From an uncultured Verrucomicrobiales bacterium (GTDB lineage Bacteria; Verrucomicrobiota; Verrucomicrobiia; Verrucomicrobiales; DEV007): a DNA stretch of 64,000 nucleotides. Position numbers and translations under genes: made by a program. Below are positions 40,237 to 50,638 of this stretch, in pieces. The DNA lies in NCBI GenBank assembly GCA_938091905.1, contig CALKOM010000117.1:1-64000 (forward strand), given 5' to 3'. How positions within the stretch are numbered: the first letter of the stretch is position 1; every line of letters begins with the position of its first letter. Below the pieces are notes generated by a model. That model saw nothing but the letters and a program-made list of their open reading frames with translations. It made no database searches and was not told the origin of the DNA.

Positions 40237-43008
40237 CTATTGAGCGTCGCTCCTGCCCAACACGCGGATCAATACAGAACGCGAGGCCTGGCCGCCGTCA
40301 GCCTTGGTCCGAAGATGGAAGAGACGCTCACCGGCCGGGACCCATGGAGCTGCGGTAATGAAGAATTCCCGCTCAGTCTGCCCCTCAACAATCAGCAGTC
40401 CATTTAGACCAATGTTATCCACATAGAGCCCATGAGGCAAATTGCGCCCCGAGTCTTCATTGCCAAATTCAATCCGCCCACCGAAGTCATGCCGAGTTGC
40501 GACCACCTGCGCAGAAATCGTTTCTCCCGGTCGGATGGTCAACTCCAACGGCTTGTCTGTTTCCATGACGCCCCCGCTCGTGTCGTTCGGCAAGATCTGC
40601 ACCGTCACCTTGGCTGAAGGACCTAATTGAATGTTGCCCAAGCTTCCCAGCTCCTTGGTCAGGACTTGATCTCCTACCATACCTGTCGCCGTGATTTTCA
40701 CCGCTTTGTCAGCTGTTTCATCAGGAGCGCTCGCTCCTGCATTCGCCCAAAGGACGCCAATCGCCTCATGCTGCTCAGCTTCAATCACAAGCGGAGTGGT
40801 CATGGAATAGCCCTCTGGCAGATTTTCAAACTCAATTGCAATAGGACCATCGAAACCTTCGTGGCGCTCGACAGCAAAGCGCACTTCCCGCCCACTCCCT
40901 GGACTCACCTTGGCATCCTTGCCGCTAATCGAGACTGCAAAGTCAGGCTGACGATCGCGTAGGGTAATCGTGTAATGATAGTCATCTTCACCTCCAAAGC
41001 CTCGCACATCACTCACACGAACCAAATAATCGCCATCCTCTGGCACTTCAAACCAGAGCTGCGAATCCGAGCCCCAGCGCCTGAGTGGATCGTCATCGTT
41101 CTCCCAGTAAAGGGTGTAAACCGGAAGACCGTTTGGAACAACGTCAGCATCTGGAGCAAGCGGCTCGACAATGTAACAAGGCGCTCCCAAGGGATGGGAT
41201 AGAGCTGAGGTAAAGAAGTAGCTGTGACGTTTGCCACCGCCTGGATAGACTTTGAAGCCCGAGTCCGGACCACGAGGATAGAGCCACAACCGCGAAACCT
41301 CGCCATTCGCGTATAGGTATTCATTCAGCTCCATTTCCCCCCAGTTGTGCACCCGGAAATCGCCCGAATCATCCGAGCTCTTGCCGCGAAAAGTGAACCA
41401 AGAATCACGTGTTGCTTGCAGCCGCACTTGTTCGATCGGATCTCCTTCAAGTTCGAGCACCGCAATCTTCGAATCTAACATGGACTTCGAACGTGCCGCA
41501 TTCACCCCTATGAGCACGGACTGCCCAGCCTGTGCAGAGAAACGAAAGTAGTCGACGTCGCTTGGCGACTGGATGTGACCCGCAATTTCCGCTGGCAATG
41601 CAAACGTTTCCACCACATTCACTGTATCATTAGGTTCGCGCTCGGTGTGCTTCCGGATCTCTTCAGTCGATCCTTGTACGACAACCCGCGTACTCTCGGT
41701 CTCAGTCGTCTGCCTCAAAGGTTCCTCAGAGTCGATAGCCAAGGCAATGGCCTGCGTCTCACCATCCATGCGCGCGGCGACGAAGGAAGCGCGGTGCGGA
41801 ATCGCAGCCAAACTAGTCACGGTGTCTGGCAGCGGCGCTTCGGCCCGCAGTTCAACAAGATCAGGTAGAGACCAGACTTTCAATGTGCGATCCGCGGCTG
41901 CAGAAACGAGATGGTCGCCATCCGGCATACAGAGAAGAGCCGTGATTCCAGTGTCATGAGCAAACCGTGAATGAATCACCGGATTAATCCCCGGCTCTTT
42001 CTGCGAAACGAACCTCCAGAGGTGCAGTCGTTTGTCTGCACCTGCCGCGACTACGTGGTCGCCATCATTCGTGAAACGCACACTAACTAGTTCCCCTTGC
42101 GGCTGGCTCAAAGTATCCAGACGCACGCCATCAGCAACCCGCCACAACTTGACGGTCTCATCTGCACTCGCTGATGCCAATGATTTTCCATTGGGATGGA
42201 ACGCCACGTCAAAGACCGCGCCTTGATGAGCCGTAAGACGGCGCTGCTGCTTGCCGGACAGAGTGTCCCAAAGATGAATGACATGATCATAGCCAGCAGT
42301 CGCAATAGTACTTCCGTCAGGAGAAAACTCAGCATCATAGAGGACATCGGAATGCCCACCAAATTCCATGATAAGATCACCTGTCGCGACCTCGTAGAGT
42401 TGCGCCACTCCTTTCAAACCCGTGATACCTGTCGCAAGCAGTAGCGTCTTCCCTTCGCCAGAAAACTGGAGGGCATTGATCTTACCAGGAAGGTCGTTTA
42501 ACGTGAGCACTGGTGCTTCGGCATTACCATCAAAGACCTCAACTTTCCCAAAGTAGCCGCGGGCGTGTGTTTTCCCGTCTGGAGCAAAGGCGAGTGCCGT
42601 GATCGGTGCAGGCGCCTCACTCGCCGGAATGCTGGGCACGACAAGACGGCTGAAGAGGGACTGATCCTCGCTCGGCCCCTTCCCGCCTTCAAGAATCCAC
42701 GCTTTCAGAGTCGCCAATTCGCCTGCGGGTACCTGAGGCTCATCTTTGGGCGGCATCTTCGGCTTGGCATGCCCCTCAATGACCCGAATGAGCCGCGATT
42801 TTTCGGCATCGCCAGGCTTAATCGGATCGCCTTTATCGCCACCTTCGCGAAGACCTGCATAGGTCTCGAGAGAAAACTCACCCTCCATCTCTCGTTCATT
42901 ATGACAGCCCGCGCAGTAACTGCGAAAGATTGGTGCGATCTCGGCATCGTAATCGATTGCTGCCATCGTCGTGCTCAGCATGACAACAAGAATGATAGGA
43001 ATCTTCAT
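40237..43008 (-). CDS. Planctomycete cytochrome c + WD40 repeat + PPC-like domain protein
   Basis: CAGCH, GH..FSPDG..WD repeats, EREPND and DVDYFRF. Confidence 0.88.
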   Translation of the reverse strand: MKIPIILVVMLSTTMAAIDYDAEIAPIFRSYCAGCHNEREMEGEFSLETYAGLREGGDKGDPIKPGDAEKSRLIRVIEGHAKPKMPPKDEPQVPAGELATLKAWILEGGKGPSEDQSLFSRLVVPSIPASEAPAPITALAFAPDGKTHARGYFGKVEVFDGNAEAPVLTLNDLPGKINALQFSGEGKTLLLATGITGLKGVAQLYEVATGDLIMEFGGHSDVLYDAEFSPDGSTIATAGYDHVIHLWDTLSGKQQRRLTAHQGAVFDVAFHPNGKSLASASADETVKLWRVADGVRLDTLSQPQGELVSVRFTNDGDHVVAAGADKRLHLWRFVSQKEPGINPVIHSRFAHDTGITALLCMPDGDHLVSAAADRTLKVWSLPDLVELRAEAPLPDTVTSLAAIPHRASFVAARMDGETQAIALAIDSEEPLRQTTETESTRVVVQGSTEEIRKHTEREPNDTVNVVETFALPAEIAGHIQSPSDVDYFRFSAQAGQSVLIGVNAARSKSMLDSKIAVLELEGDPIEQVRLQATRDSWFTFRGKSSDDSGDFRVHNWGEMELNEYLYANGEVSRLWLYPRGPDSGFKVYPGGGKRHSYFFTSALSHPLGAPCYIVEPLAPDADVVPNGLPVYTLYWENDDDPLRRWGSDSQLWFEVPEDGDYLVRVSDVRGFGGEDDYHYTITLRDRQPDFAVSISGKDAKVSPGSGREVRFAVERHEGFDGPIAIEFENLPEGYSMTTPLVIEAEQHEAIGVLWANAGASAPDETADKAVKITATGMVGDQVLTKELGSLGNIQLGPSAKVTVQILPNDTSGGVMETDKPLELTIRPGETISAQVVATRHDFGGRIEFGNEDSGRNLPHGLYVDNIGLNGLLIVEGQTEREFFITAAPWVPAGERLFHLRTKADGGQASRSVLIRVLGRSDAQ

Positions 43009-43068
43009 GAGGTATCGGAAGGGTAGTGAGAGCTTCCAGCCCTCGACCTAGGCTACATTAGCATTATT

Positions 43069-45285
43069 CTAGTGTTGGAAAAGGAACTCGCGACTCGTCA
43101 GCAACGCCCAGAAGAGATCTTCTAAGCCTACACGCAGCTCGTCTTCAGGGAGCTCCGTTAAAATCTCTGTGTAGGCAGCTGTTTCCTTCTCTGTCGGCGG
43201 TCGGCTGAGACAGATAAAGAACGCTTCTTCCACGAGGCCCGATAGCGAGCCTTCATTGGCGATCAAACGACTCACTCGGCTCGCTTTGGCAGCGAGCTTG
43301 TCATTCACCGTGCTTCCGTTAGACAAATGAAGCACCTGAACCAAACTCGGCTGATTCGAACGCTCGCACTCACACGTGATTTGGCGTTGATTTCGACCGA
43401 ACGTCTTGAGGAAATAGGACTTCACCGCCGAATCGTAAAGTTGCAACGCACGCGTGCCTTCTTCATAGAACGCTGTCTTCTGCGTCGAACCGTCGTTGAG
43501 CAAGACCTCGGTAAAGCGATCTCGCATGTCAGTCACATCAGCGATGGCGTCCTGCAATACTTCGGCCATGAACCGCCTGGGATAGTGCCGCGCATAGAAC
43601 TTGGTATCACCTTCATTCTCAGGAAGCACTTTACCACTGCGTTGATAGGCAGCCGATGAAAGAATGAGCCGCATCAGTTGGCGGAGATCGTAGTCACTTT
43701 GGATCGTGAACTCCGATAAAGCGTCTAGCAAAGCTTCATTACTCGGCGGGTTCGACGCCCGCAAATCATCGATCGATTCGACGAGCCCCAGCCCCATGAA
43801 GTTTGCCCAAACACGATTGACAATGGCAGGCGTGAAGTACGGATTATCAGACGCCGTCAACCACTCAGCGAGAACCTCGCGGCGATCACGTTGATCGTCC
43901 GGCGCCATGGGCGGCGCATCCAGCGGGGCTGGCGGTTGCGGCTTACCTGTGCGCGGTTGAATCAAATCCCCCCGATTTGAAACATAGATCGTGCGCTCGC
44001 CATCCCCATTGCGAGAATCTCCTCCCCACCCCTTCGCGCGGACCCGGGAGAACAAATTTGCAAAGGCGTAATACTGATCATTCGTCCATTTCTCGAGCGG
44101 GTGGTTGTGGCATTTGGCACAACCGATAGACAGAGAGAGGAAAGCTTGGCTCACGTTCTCGGCCATGGATTCAGGATCCTGATGCACGGCAAAGAAGTTC
44201 GTCGCCCCTTCTTTAGTCGACGAACCTTTCGCAGTGACCAATTGCGTGGCCATCTCATCCCAAGGCGTGTTCTTCGCCACATTGGTGCGCAGCCAATTGT
44301 AATAAGACTCCACCGCTGCCGGACGAAGTTTGCCACCGTTCACGAGAAAGACATCCGCCCATTTGTAAGTCCAGTAGTCAACAAACTCCGGCCGATTCAG
44401 CAGTCGATCGATCAGCTTGATATACTTGTCAGGAGACGTCTCGGCAAGGTAGTCACGGACCTCTTCCGGCGTTGGTAAGATCCCCAAGGTATCGAGGAAG
44501 GCCCGGCGTATCAATGTCGCTTCTTCAGCCCGCGGCGATGGCGCGAGCCGCAATCGCTGCAGCTTTGCCAGGACATGGGTATCGATGAAATTGTGACGCG
44601 TGGACTGCGCATACGTTTCTTCAAAAATGTCGTTTGGAAACGGAGAAGTGATCTTGGCAGTGACAATCTGCGAAGAGAACCACGCATTAACAGAGCCTTC
44701 CCCGTGACCAATCAGTTCGACCTTCCCATGAGCATCCACACTCGCCACCGTCTCATCCGTGGAAGTAAATTTCGCCCATGGCGTCACGTCGCGCGTTTTT
44801 CCATCACTGTAGGTCGCCTCCACCTTCAGTGTCTGCGTGTCACCGAGGCCAGCAGAACTCTCTTTCGGAGAGATACTCAGCTCAACCAACGTTGGATCGT
44901 CTTCTTTCGGTCCTGGAGCACCAGCCGCAATCCAACGAGCAATCGTCTCATAGTCAGAAGAACCCGTCTCCAAGCGCTTGCCCCCCTTGTGAGCCACCGC
45001 CGTGGTCGGCTTCATCAAGAATAAACTCCGACCTGGATCCGCCAGCTCAATGCGACGCCCACGAGCTTCACGCGTAACCGTCAGAAAGTCAGCATCGGGA
45101 TCGTAGCCAAAGAGCGACAAGCGAAAACCTCCTTTGCCCGCCAAAGAACCGTGACAGCCACCACCATTACAGTTTGCCTTTGAAATGATTGGTAAGACGT
45201 CGTTGCGGAACGAGGGCACCTCATCGGCTCGCCCCGAAAACGTTCCGAATATCAACGCACCAAGAAATAAGAAATCGAACCGCAT
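43069..45285 (-). CDS. DUF1549/DUF1553 protein with Ig-like domain
   Basis: CNGGGCHG, GFRLSLFG, Ig-like ATYSDG..DVT, CAKCHNHP, CECER and REFLFQH. Probable ATG at 45285. Confidence 0.9.
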   Translation of the reverse strand: MRFDFLFLGALIFGTFSGRADEVPSFRNDVLPIISKANCNGGGCHGSLAGKGGFRLSLFGYDPDADFLTVTREARGRRIELADPGRSLFLMKPTTAVAHKGGKRLETGSSDYETIARWIAAGAPGPKEDDPTLVELSISPKESSAGLGDTQTLKVEATYSDGKTRDVTPWAKFTSTDETVASVDAHGKVELIGHGEGSVNAWFSSQIVTAKITSPFPNDIFEETYAQSTRHNFIDTHVLAKLQRLRLAPSPRAEEATLIRRAFLDTLGILPTPEEVRDYLAETSPDKYIKLIDRLLNRPEFVDYWTYKWADVFLVNGGKLRPAAVESYYNWLRTNVAKNTPWDEMATQLVTAKGSSTKEGATNFFAVHQDPESMAENVSQAFLSLSIGCAKCHNHPLEKWTNDQYYAFANLFSRVRAKGWGGDSRNGDGERTIYVSNRGDLIQPRTGKPQPPAPLDAPPMAPDDQRDRREVLAEWLTASDNPYFTPAIVNRVWANFMGLGLVESIDDLRASNPPSNEALLDALSEFTIQSDYDLRQLMRLILSSAAYQRSGKVLPENEGDTKFYARHYPRRFMAEVLQDAIADVTDMRDRFTEVLLNDGSTQKTAFYEEGTRALQLYDSAVKSYFLKTFGRNQRQITCECERSNQPSLVQVLHLSNGSTVNDKLAAKASRVSRLIANEGSLSGLVEEAFFICLSRPPTEKETAAYTEILTELPEDELRVGLEDLFWALLTSREFLFQH

Positions 45286-45292
45286 GAGCTTG

Positions 45293-46684
45293 TTAGGCGA
45301 AGAGTTCATGAATCGGAGCCGTTCCTAAATCAGTGAGAGGAAACGGACGCCCACCTGGTCCTTCCAAATGACTTTCGTGATCGAACCCAAGGCTCTTGAA
45401 GATCGTCCCCACAATGTCACCTGGACCAACAGGCCGTTCCGCAGGGAAGCCACCAATGGGATCACTCGCTCCAATGACACGCCCGCCCTGCACACCACCT
45501 CCCGCGAAATAAGAGGTAAAACACTGCGGCCAGTGGTCTCGGCCGCCCGCCGGATTAACCTTTGGCGTGCGCCCAAACTCTGACAAATTTGCGACCAAGG
45601 TATTATCGAGCATTCCTCGATCGTGAAGATCATCAATCAATGCACTATAGGCCTGATCATACATCGGACAGACATCCTTCTTCATCCCTTCAATCGATGT
45701 GAAGGGCTTCGACCCGTGAATATCCCAGGTAATCTCATCGAAGACGGTTAGAAACGTATTGATCGTAATAAAACGAACCCCATTCTCGACCAAGCGCCGA
45801 GCTAGCAAGCAACACTGCCCAAAACGATTCATACCATACCGCTCGCGCACCGATTGCTTCTCCTTAGACAAATCAAATGCAGAACGCGCCTGCTCACTTG
45901 TCATCATCCGAAAAGCCGCTTGGAAATTCTCATCCAACAAACGCGCGTCTTCACTCGCCTCAAAGTCGGACACCGTCTGTTCGACAATCTCACGCATCTT
46001 TCGACGACGACTCAACCGGTGCGCCCCAATCTGATCTGGAGGCAAGAGATCCGGCACTTTGAAATTCGCCGTGGAGGGGTCCGCCATCAACGCGAAGGGA
46101 TCTAACGCCTTCCCAAGAAAGCCCCCCGCTTGCCCGTTGGGTAGATTTCCACCACCGCGGCCCATCAATTCTGGCAGAACCACGAACGGCGGAAGATCTG
46201 ATTTCCTTCCCATGAGATGCGCCGCAACGGCTCCCGCATGCGGCGTGTGAACACCACCCGTAAATCGGCGCCCCGTCTGCATCATCTGCCAACCAGCATC
46301 ATGCACCGCAGCCCCCTCATGATGACAGGAACGCACAAGCGAGAACTTGTCGGCTATCTTTGCGTGCATCGGCAACAGCTCGGAGATTTCAAAGGCATCC
46401 GTCTTCGTCCGGATCGGCTTGAAAGGGCCACGAATCTCACGCGGCGCTTCCGGCTTCATGTCCCACAGATCGATGTGACTCGGCCCACCGAGATTGAAGA
46501 TCATAATACAGGCTTTCTCGTCGTTACCCGGTGTTACCGCACCAACCTGCTTCGCCGCGAGGTACTGTGGCAAAGAAAGGCCCACGGCAGACAGCGCGCC
46601 GATCTGAAGAAATTCACGGCGAGATTGGCCGCGACCACAAAGACGGGCACGATCATGGGGACCTTCGGCTAGGAAATCAAACAT
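45293..46684 (-). CDS. DUF1501 domain protein
   Basis: SRREFL, GGPSHIDLWDMKP, LLARRLVENGVRF, WDIH, EFGRTP and GRDHWP. Confidence 0.92.
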   Translation of the reverse strand: MFDFLAEGPHDRARLCGRGQSRREFLQIGALSAVGLSLPQYLAAKQVGAVTPGNDEKACIMIFNLGGPSHIDLWDMKPEAPREIRGPFKPIRTKTDAFEISELLPMHAKIADKFSLVRSCHHEGAAVHDAGWQMMQTGRRFTGGVHTPHAGAVAAHLMGRKSDLPPFVVLPELMGRGGGNLPNGQAGGFLGKALDPFALMADPSTANFKVPDLLPPDQIGAHRLSRRRKMREIVEQTVSDFEASEDARLLDENFQAAFRMMTSEQARSAFDLSKEKQSVRERYGMNRFGQCCLLARRLVENGVRFITINTFLTVFDEITWDIHGSKPFTSIEGMKKDVCPMYDQAYSALIDDLHDRGMLDNTLVANLSEFGRTPKVNPAGGRDHWPQCFTSYFAGGGVQGGRVIGASDPIGGFPAERPVGPGDIVGTIFKSLGFDHESHLEGPGGRPFPLTDLGTAPIHELFA

Positions 46685-46752
46685 GTTAGATCATTGCGTG
46701 GCACGCTGAATTGCGCCTTGAGGAATGCCGCATCTATTTGTAAAATCAACGC

Positions 46753-47496
46753 ATGGGCAACTCCACTGATCTCAGCTCTTGGTTCGTCGAAGGGAGCAAG
46801 ACAGCCCAGCTGATCCAGCTGTTTGAGTACCTGCCCAGGGCCTATGTCTACTTCAAGGATGTCGATGGCGCCTTCGTTTACGGAAACAAAAGCTGGATGC
46901 AGCTCCACGGGTGCCTGCACCAAGAGGACTTCATTGGGAAAACCGACTTCGACTTTCATCCTCCCGCCATGGCTGCCCAGTATGTCGATGAAGACCAGCG
47001 GGTGATGGAAAACGGCGAGGTCCTGCCCGACCAAGTCTGGCTTGTAAGAGGTATCGACTACATGCCGCGCTGGTATGTCAGCACCAAACTCCCACTAGTC
47101 GACGAGAATAATGTGCTCGTGGGCGTCGGCGGTATCATGCGCCCCTACGAACATGCAGGTTCAGCACCTTCCGACTATCATCGTCTCACTCCTGTCATGG
47201 AGCACGTGCTCGCGCATCATCGGGAACGACTCACGGTGGCAGAACTGGCAGGAATGGCTAATCTGTCAGTGAGTCAACTTCAGCGTGAGTTTCGTCGCCT
47301 CTTCAACATGAGCCCTGGAGACTACCTCATCCGCGTACGCCTTCTCGTCGCCCGCCGACAGTTAGAAGAAACGCACCTCCCCGTTGGAGAAATCGCGCTT
47401 GACTGCGGCTTCTACGATCAAAGCCACTTCAATCGCGCCTTCCGACAACAGGTCGGCCTAACTCCCCGCGCCTACCGCAAGCGCTTCATGCGCTAA
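46753..47496 (+). CDS. PAS-domain AraC family transcriptional regulator
   Basis: YFKDVDG..GKTDFDF..EDQRV PAS domain and IALDCGFYDQSHF HTH. Divergent from the DUF1501 operon. Confidence 0.92.
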   Translation: MGNSTDLSSWFVEGSKTAQLIQLFEYLPRAYVYFKDVDGAFVYGNKSWMQLHGCLHQEDFIGKTDFDFHPPAMAAQYVDEDQRVMENGEVLPDQVWLVRGIDYMPRWYVSTKLPLVDENNVLVGVGGIMRPYEHAGSAPSDYHRLTPVMEHVLAHHRERLTVAELAGMANLSVSQLQREFRRLFNMSPGDYLIRVRLLVARRQLEETHLPVGEIALDCGFYDQSHFNRAFRQQVGLTPRAYRKRFMR

Positions 47497-47533
47497 AGAT
47501 TGCCGACTTCAGCACATCCTCAAAAGTTGCCGC

Positions 47534-48750
47534 ATGCGATCGCTCGTCTTAGTCTTCTTTCTCATCAGTACGCTTGAGGCTCAGGTCGCAGACACCAAGA
47601 TATTGATCGACGGCGGTTTCGATACAGAAGGCATCGACGTTGAACTCACCACAGCGACGGAAGAGACCTTCATCGTCTACACCGGCGATGGCGCCTTACG
47701 ACTCAAATCGAAGCAAGCGGCTATGACGCTCGCGGAGCCTTCGTCCATCTCTATATCAATGAGCTCTATTGAGGACTCTACAACGTCACGGAACGGTTGG
47801 ATCGCTGGTTCTCTACGGAGAACTTTGGAGGCGACGCCGACGAATGGTTTGCCCTCAGTCACGGTGGCGACCAGCGCGGAAACAAGGACTGCTATAGCAC
47901 TCCGTTAGGTGATGCGGAGGAGGATCTCAGCGATCCAGACAACTAGCAGGCGATCGCTGACAAACTCGACGTTTCGGGCATGATCGACTACCTGTTGATC
48001 ACTTGGTATCTCAATGTCACCGACTGGCCGAACAACAACTGGTAGGCCAGTATGCTTCGAGTCCGCGAGATCATGTATTACCCGGCAGCCCTCACCGAAG
48101 AGGAGATCGAAGCTAGCTTTACCAATGACGATGACTTTGAATACCTTATCCTAACAAGCCCAACGGACAAAGCAATCGTACTCAAAGGAATTCGGTTCAC
48201 CGATGGCATTCCATTCACGGTCGAAGACGAAACTCCATTGGCTCCCGGCAGACACGCCGTCATCGTTCGCAATGCCGAGGCCTTTGCGCACCGCTACGGC
48301 TCTCCACTCCGTGTCCTGGGAACCTACTCACAAGCGCTTAGCAATGGCGGCGAGCGCCTGGCAGTAGTCGGTGCCTTTGACGAACCCATCCTCGAATTCA
48401 GCTATAGGGACGACTGCCAGGAGGCCACGAATGGCGATGGAAGCGCGCTCTTACTCACAAACCTCAATGCTCCAGACACTGCAGAGAACTGGCAGGTCAC
48501 GGCCCCCTTTCAGATCAGGCCAGCACCAAATCGTCCTCGTCTCTCTATACATCAGGAATCCGAAACGGCATTCATACTCATTCTAGATGCTCAGTCCACC
48601 TCAACCTATCTACTCGAAACCTCTTCAGACCTGGATCAATGGACCATTGACCGCCAGATGACTGCGACCGAACAGGCCACGGCCACAACCACTGTCACTG
48701 TAGGCATTGAAGAAACGCAGTTCTATCGGGTCAGACTCATCACCCAATAA
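47534..48750 (+). pseudogene. Decayed CotH-kinase / lamin-tail-domain surface protein gene
   Basis: One frame from 47701 reads FVHLYINELY*GLYNVTER..DPDN*QAIA..IDYLL..DWPNNNW*AS, then continues into ORF 48052-48750 (EIMYYP..LSNGGE). Stops at 47770 (TGA), 47944 and 48043 (TAG). The signal-peptide part is in another frame. Confidence 0.75.
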
Positions 48751-48802
48751 CGATTCTGCTCGCTAACATTCTTCATAGGGCCTACTACCTTTGATCAAAT
48801 CA

Positions 48803-49690
48803 ATGAAACGACTGCTCCTTCTCCCTTGCTTCCTGCTACTCTCACAGTGCAGCACGCCAACCGCGCAATCACAGAAGCCTAGCCATCGTCCAGCGCCGTC
48901 CACATCACGCATGACGGAGGTCATCAATGTCTCCTCCTACGACCCCAAAGAACGCCTTCGCTCGGGGCGCAGTTACTCCACGCGCGACGTCTCTGCCCTC
49001 AAAGCAAACGGTGCTAGCGCCCTTATTGCTAGAGCAGGCAAGGGCGGCAAACTGGATTCCAAATGCACCTCGTTTCTTTCATCAGCCGATCGTGTCGGCA
49101 TGCTACCCGGCGTCTACTACCGCGTACAACGCCACGTCTCGCCTGAGAAACAAGCCGATCAATTTGTCGCCAAAGCCAGAGCCTTGAAAACCAGCCGTTC
49201 TTGGAACGCCCCGGCCCTCTTGCTTTGCGGTGATTATGATGGCGATCTCAAGCTCTCCGCCATTCTCCGCTTCATGGATCGTGTCGAAGCAAAGACCGGC
49301 ATCGTGCCCGTCGCCTACTTGGAAAACAGCCCCGAACTCAAACTGCAGACCCGCGCTGCCGATGCCAAGACCCGCGCACGTTTGACCCGCGCCCCATACT
49401 GGCTAGCGCTTTACTCACACACGAGCGGCGATGGCCCTCACTTTCCAGCTCCGGGAAATCCTCGTAATCTCGTCAAACAGTACAGCATGTGGTCTGATTG
49501 GTCACTCTGGCAATACGGTGGCGTGTCTTGGGAAAACGGCGGTTCGAAGCCCAAGGTCTACAACCATAGCCGCTACCGTTTCCCCCGATTCTTTGGAAAC
49601 ATGGATCGCCCACTTGAACGAAACGTCTTCCGAGGCTCTCCTACCCAGCTTACCGCATTCTGGCAACGTCATGGAATAGCATTACGTTAG
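48803..49690 (+). CDS. GH25 (lysozyme M1-like) family lipoprotein
   Basis: INVSSY, GMLPGVYY, QADQF, GDYD, YWLALY and WSLWQY. Signal ends LSQC. Confidence 0.75.
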   Translation: MKRLLLLPCFLLLSQCSTPTAQSQKPSHRPAPSTSRMTEVINVSSYDPKERLRSGRSYSTRDVSALKANGASALIARAGKGGKLDSKCTSFLSSADRVGMLPGVYYRVQRHVSPEKQADQFVAKARALKTSRSWNAPALLLCGDYDGDLKLSAILRFMDRVEAKTGIVPVAYLENSPELKLQTRAADAKTRARLTRAPYWLALYSHTSGDGPHFPAPGNPRNLVKQYSMWSDWSLWQYGGVSWENGGSKPKVYNHSRYRFPRFFGNMDRPLERNVFRGSPTQLTAFWQRHGIALR

Positions 49691-49703
49691 AAATTTCCTC
49701 TGC

Positions 49704-50531
49704 TCAAGAGGCCATTAGCTGGCGCAGATAATCTGCTGTCGCTCGCGCTGACCTCAAGGCATCGCCCGATTCAGGTGCAGACTGATGCACCGTAATCGTC
49801 CCATCATAACCGATACTCCGAAGCCCTTCGAACACCGCGGGAAAGTCAATCCCTCCGGCCTCATGGATCTGCAACAAATCGAAGGCAACCGGGCCACAGG
49901 TCCAGCTGTCCAGTGAGATCGCACCGCCTTCGTGAATACGCTGATTCTGAAAATAGACGTTATCAATCCACGGCCCCAAACGTTTGACCGATTCTAATCC
50001 GTAAGCTTGCCCACACTGCTCCATGTTTGCGGGTTCATAGATAAGGCGAAAGTTAGGACGATCGATGGCATTCAACGTCTCTACCATGCCATCGACGGTT
50101 TCAAAGAGACTCAGATGATGGCACTGATGAAGCAACGTCAGTCCGCGTTCAGCAGCTTCGTCTGCCGAGCGCTGCGCGAAGGGAATGTCATCTGAATGCT
50201 TAAGAGCCACACGAATACGCTGAGTGCTTAAAGCTTCGGCTAGGTCCAAATAAGGACGAATCTCACGCAGGCTGTCAGGACCACGCTCATTGTTGTAAAC
50301 GGTGGGAAAGTCTCCCGTCAGCATGCTCACGGGCATATCATGTTCCGATAGGATTCTTTGCGCCTCGCGCACATCGTCTGGTGCCGATTGCACGCCAATC
50401 TGCGATGCCCGCATACAAATCGCTTCATAGCCAGCCTCCACAGCAAGTGAGCAAACACCGTCAAGCGGCATCGTAGGCTCCTCCTTAGAGAGAAACCCTT
50501 CGGCAATTCTGACAGATAGTGAGAGGCGCAT
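49704..50531 (-). CDS. Sugar phosphate isomerase/epimerase family TIM barrel
   Basis: AGYEAIC, IDRPNFRLIYEPAN and GIDFPAVFEGLRSIGYDG. Probable ATG at 50531. Confidence 0.8.
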   Translation of the reverse strand: MRLSLSVRIAEGFLSKEEPTMPLDGVCSLAVEAGYEAICMRASQIGVQSAPDDVREAQRILSEHDMPVSMLTGDFPTVYNNERGPDSLREIRPYLDLAEALSTQRIRVALKHSDDIPFAQRSADEAAERGLTLLHQCHHLSLFETVDGMVETLNAIDRPNFRLIYEPANMEQCGQAYGLESVKRLGPWIDNVYFQNQRIHEGGAISLDSWTCGPVAFDLLQIHEAGGIDFPAVFEGLRSIGYDGTITVHQSAPESGDALRSARATADYLRQLMAS

Positions 50532-50638
50532 GACGCAAATCTGTGCCAGCGTCGCCGTATAAATCAAGCTCTCCACGCAGACAATTTCCTAGCTTTAAAC
50601 TTGGCTCTCAGCCTTCGCCAGCACAGCCTGAAAATATA

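Noticed and set aside
47944..48045. TAG readthrough (pyrrolysine or recoding) in the CotH-like gene
   Set aside because: The same gene also has a TGA, a frameshift and apparent large deletions, so simple decay explains it.
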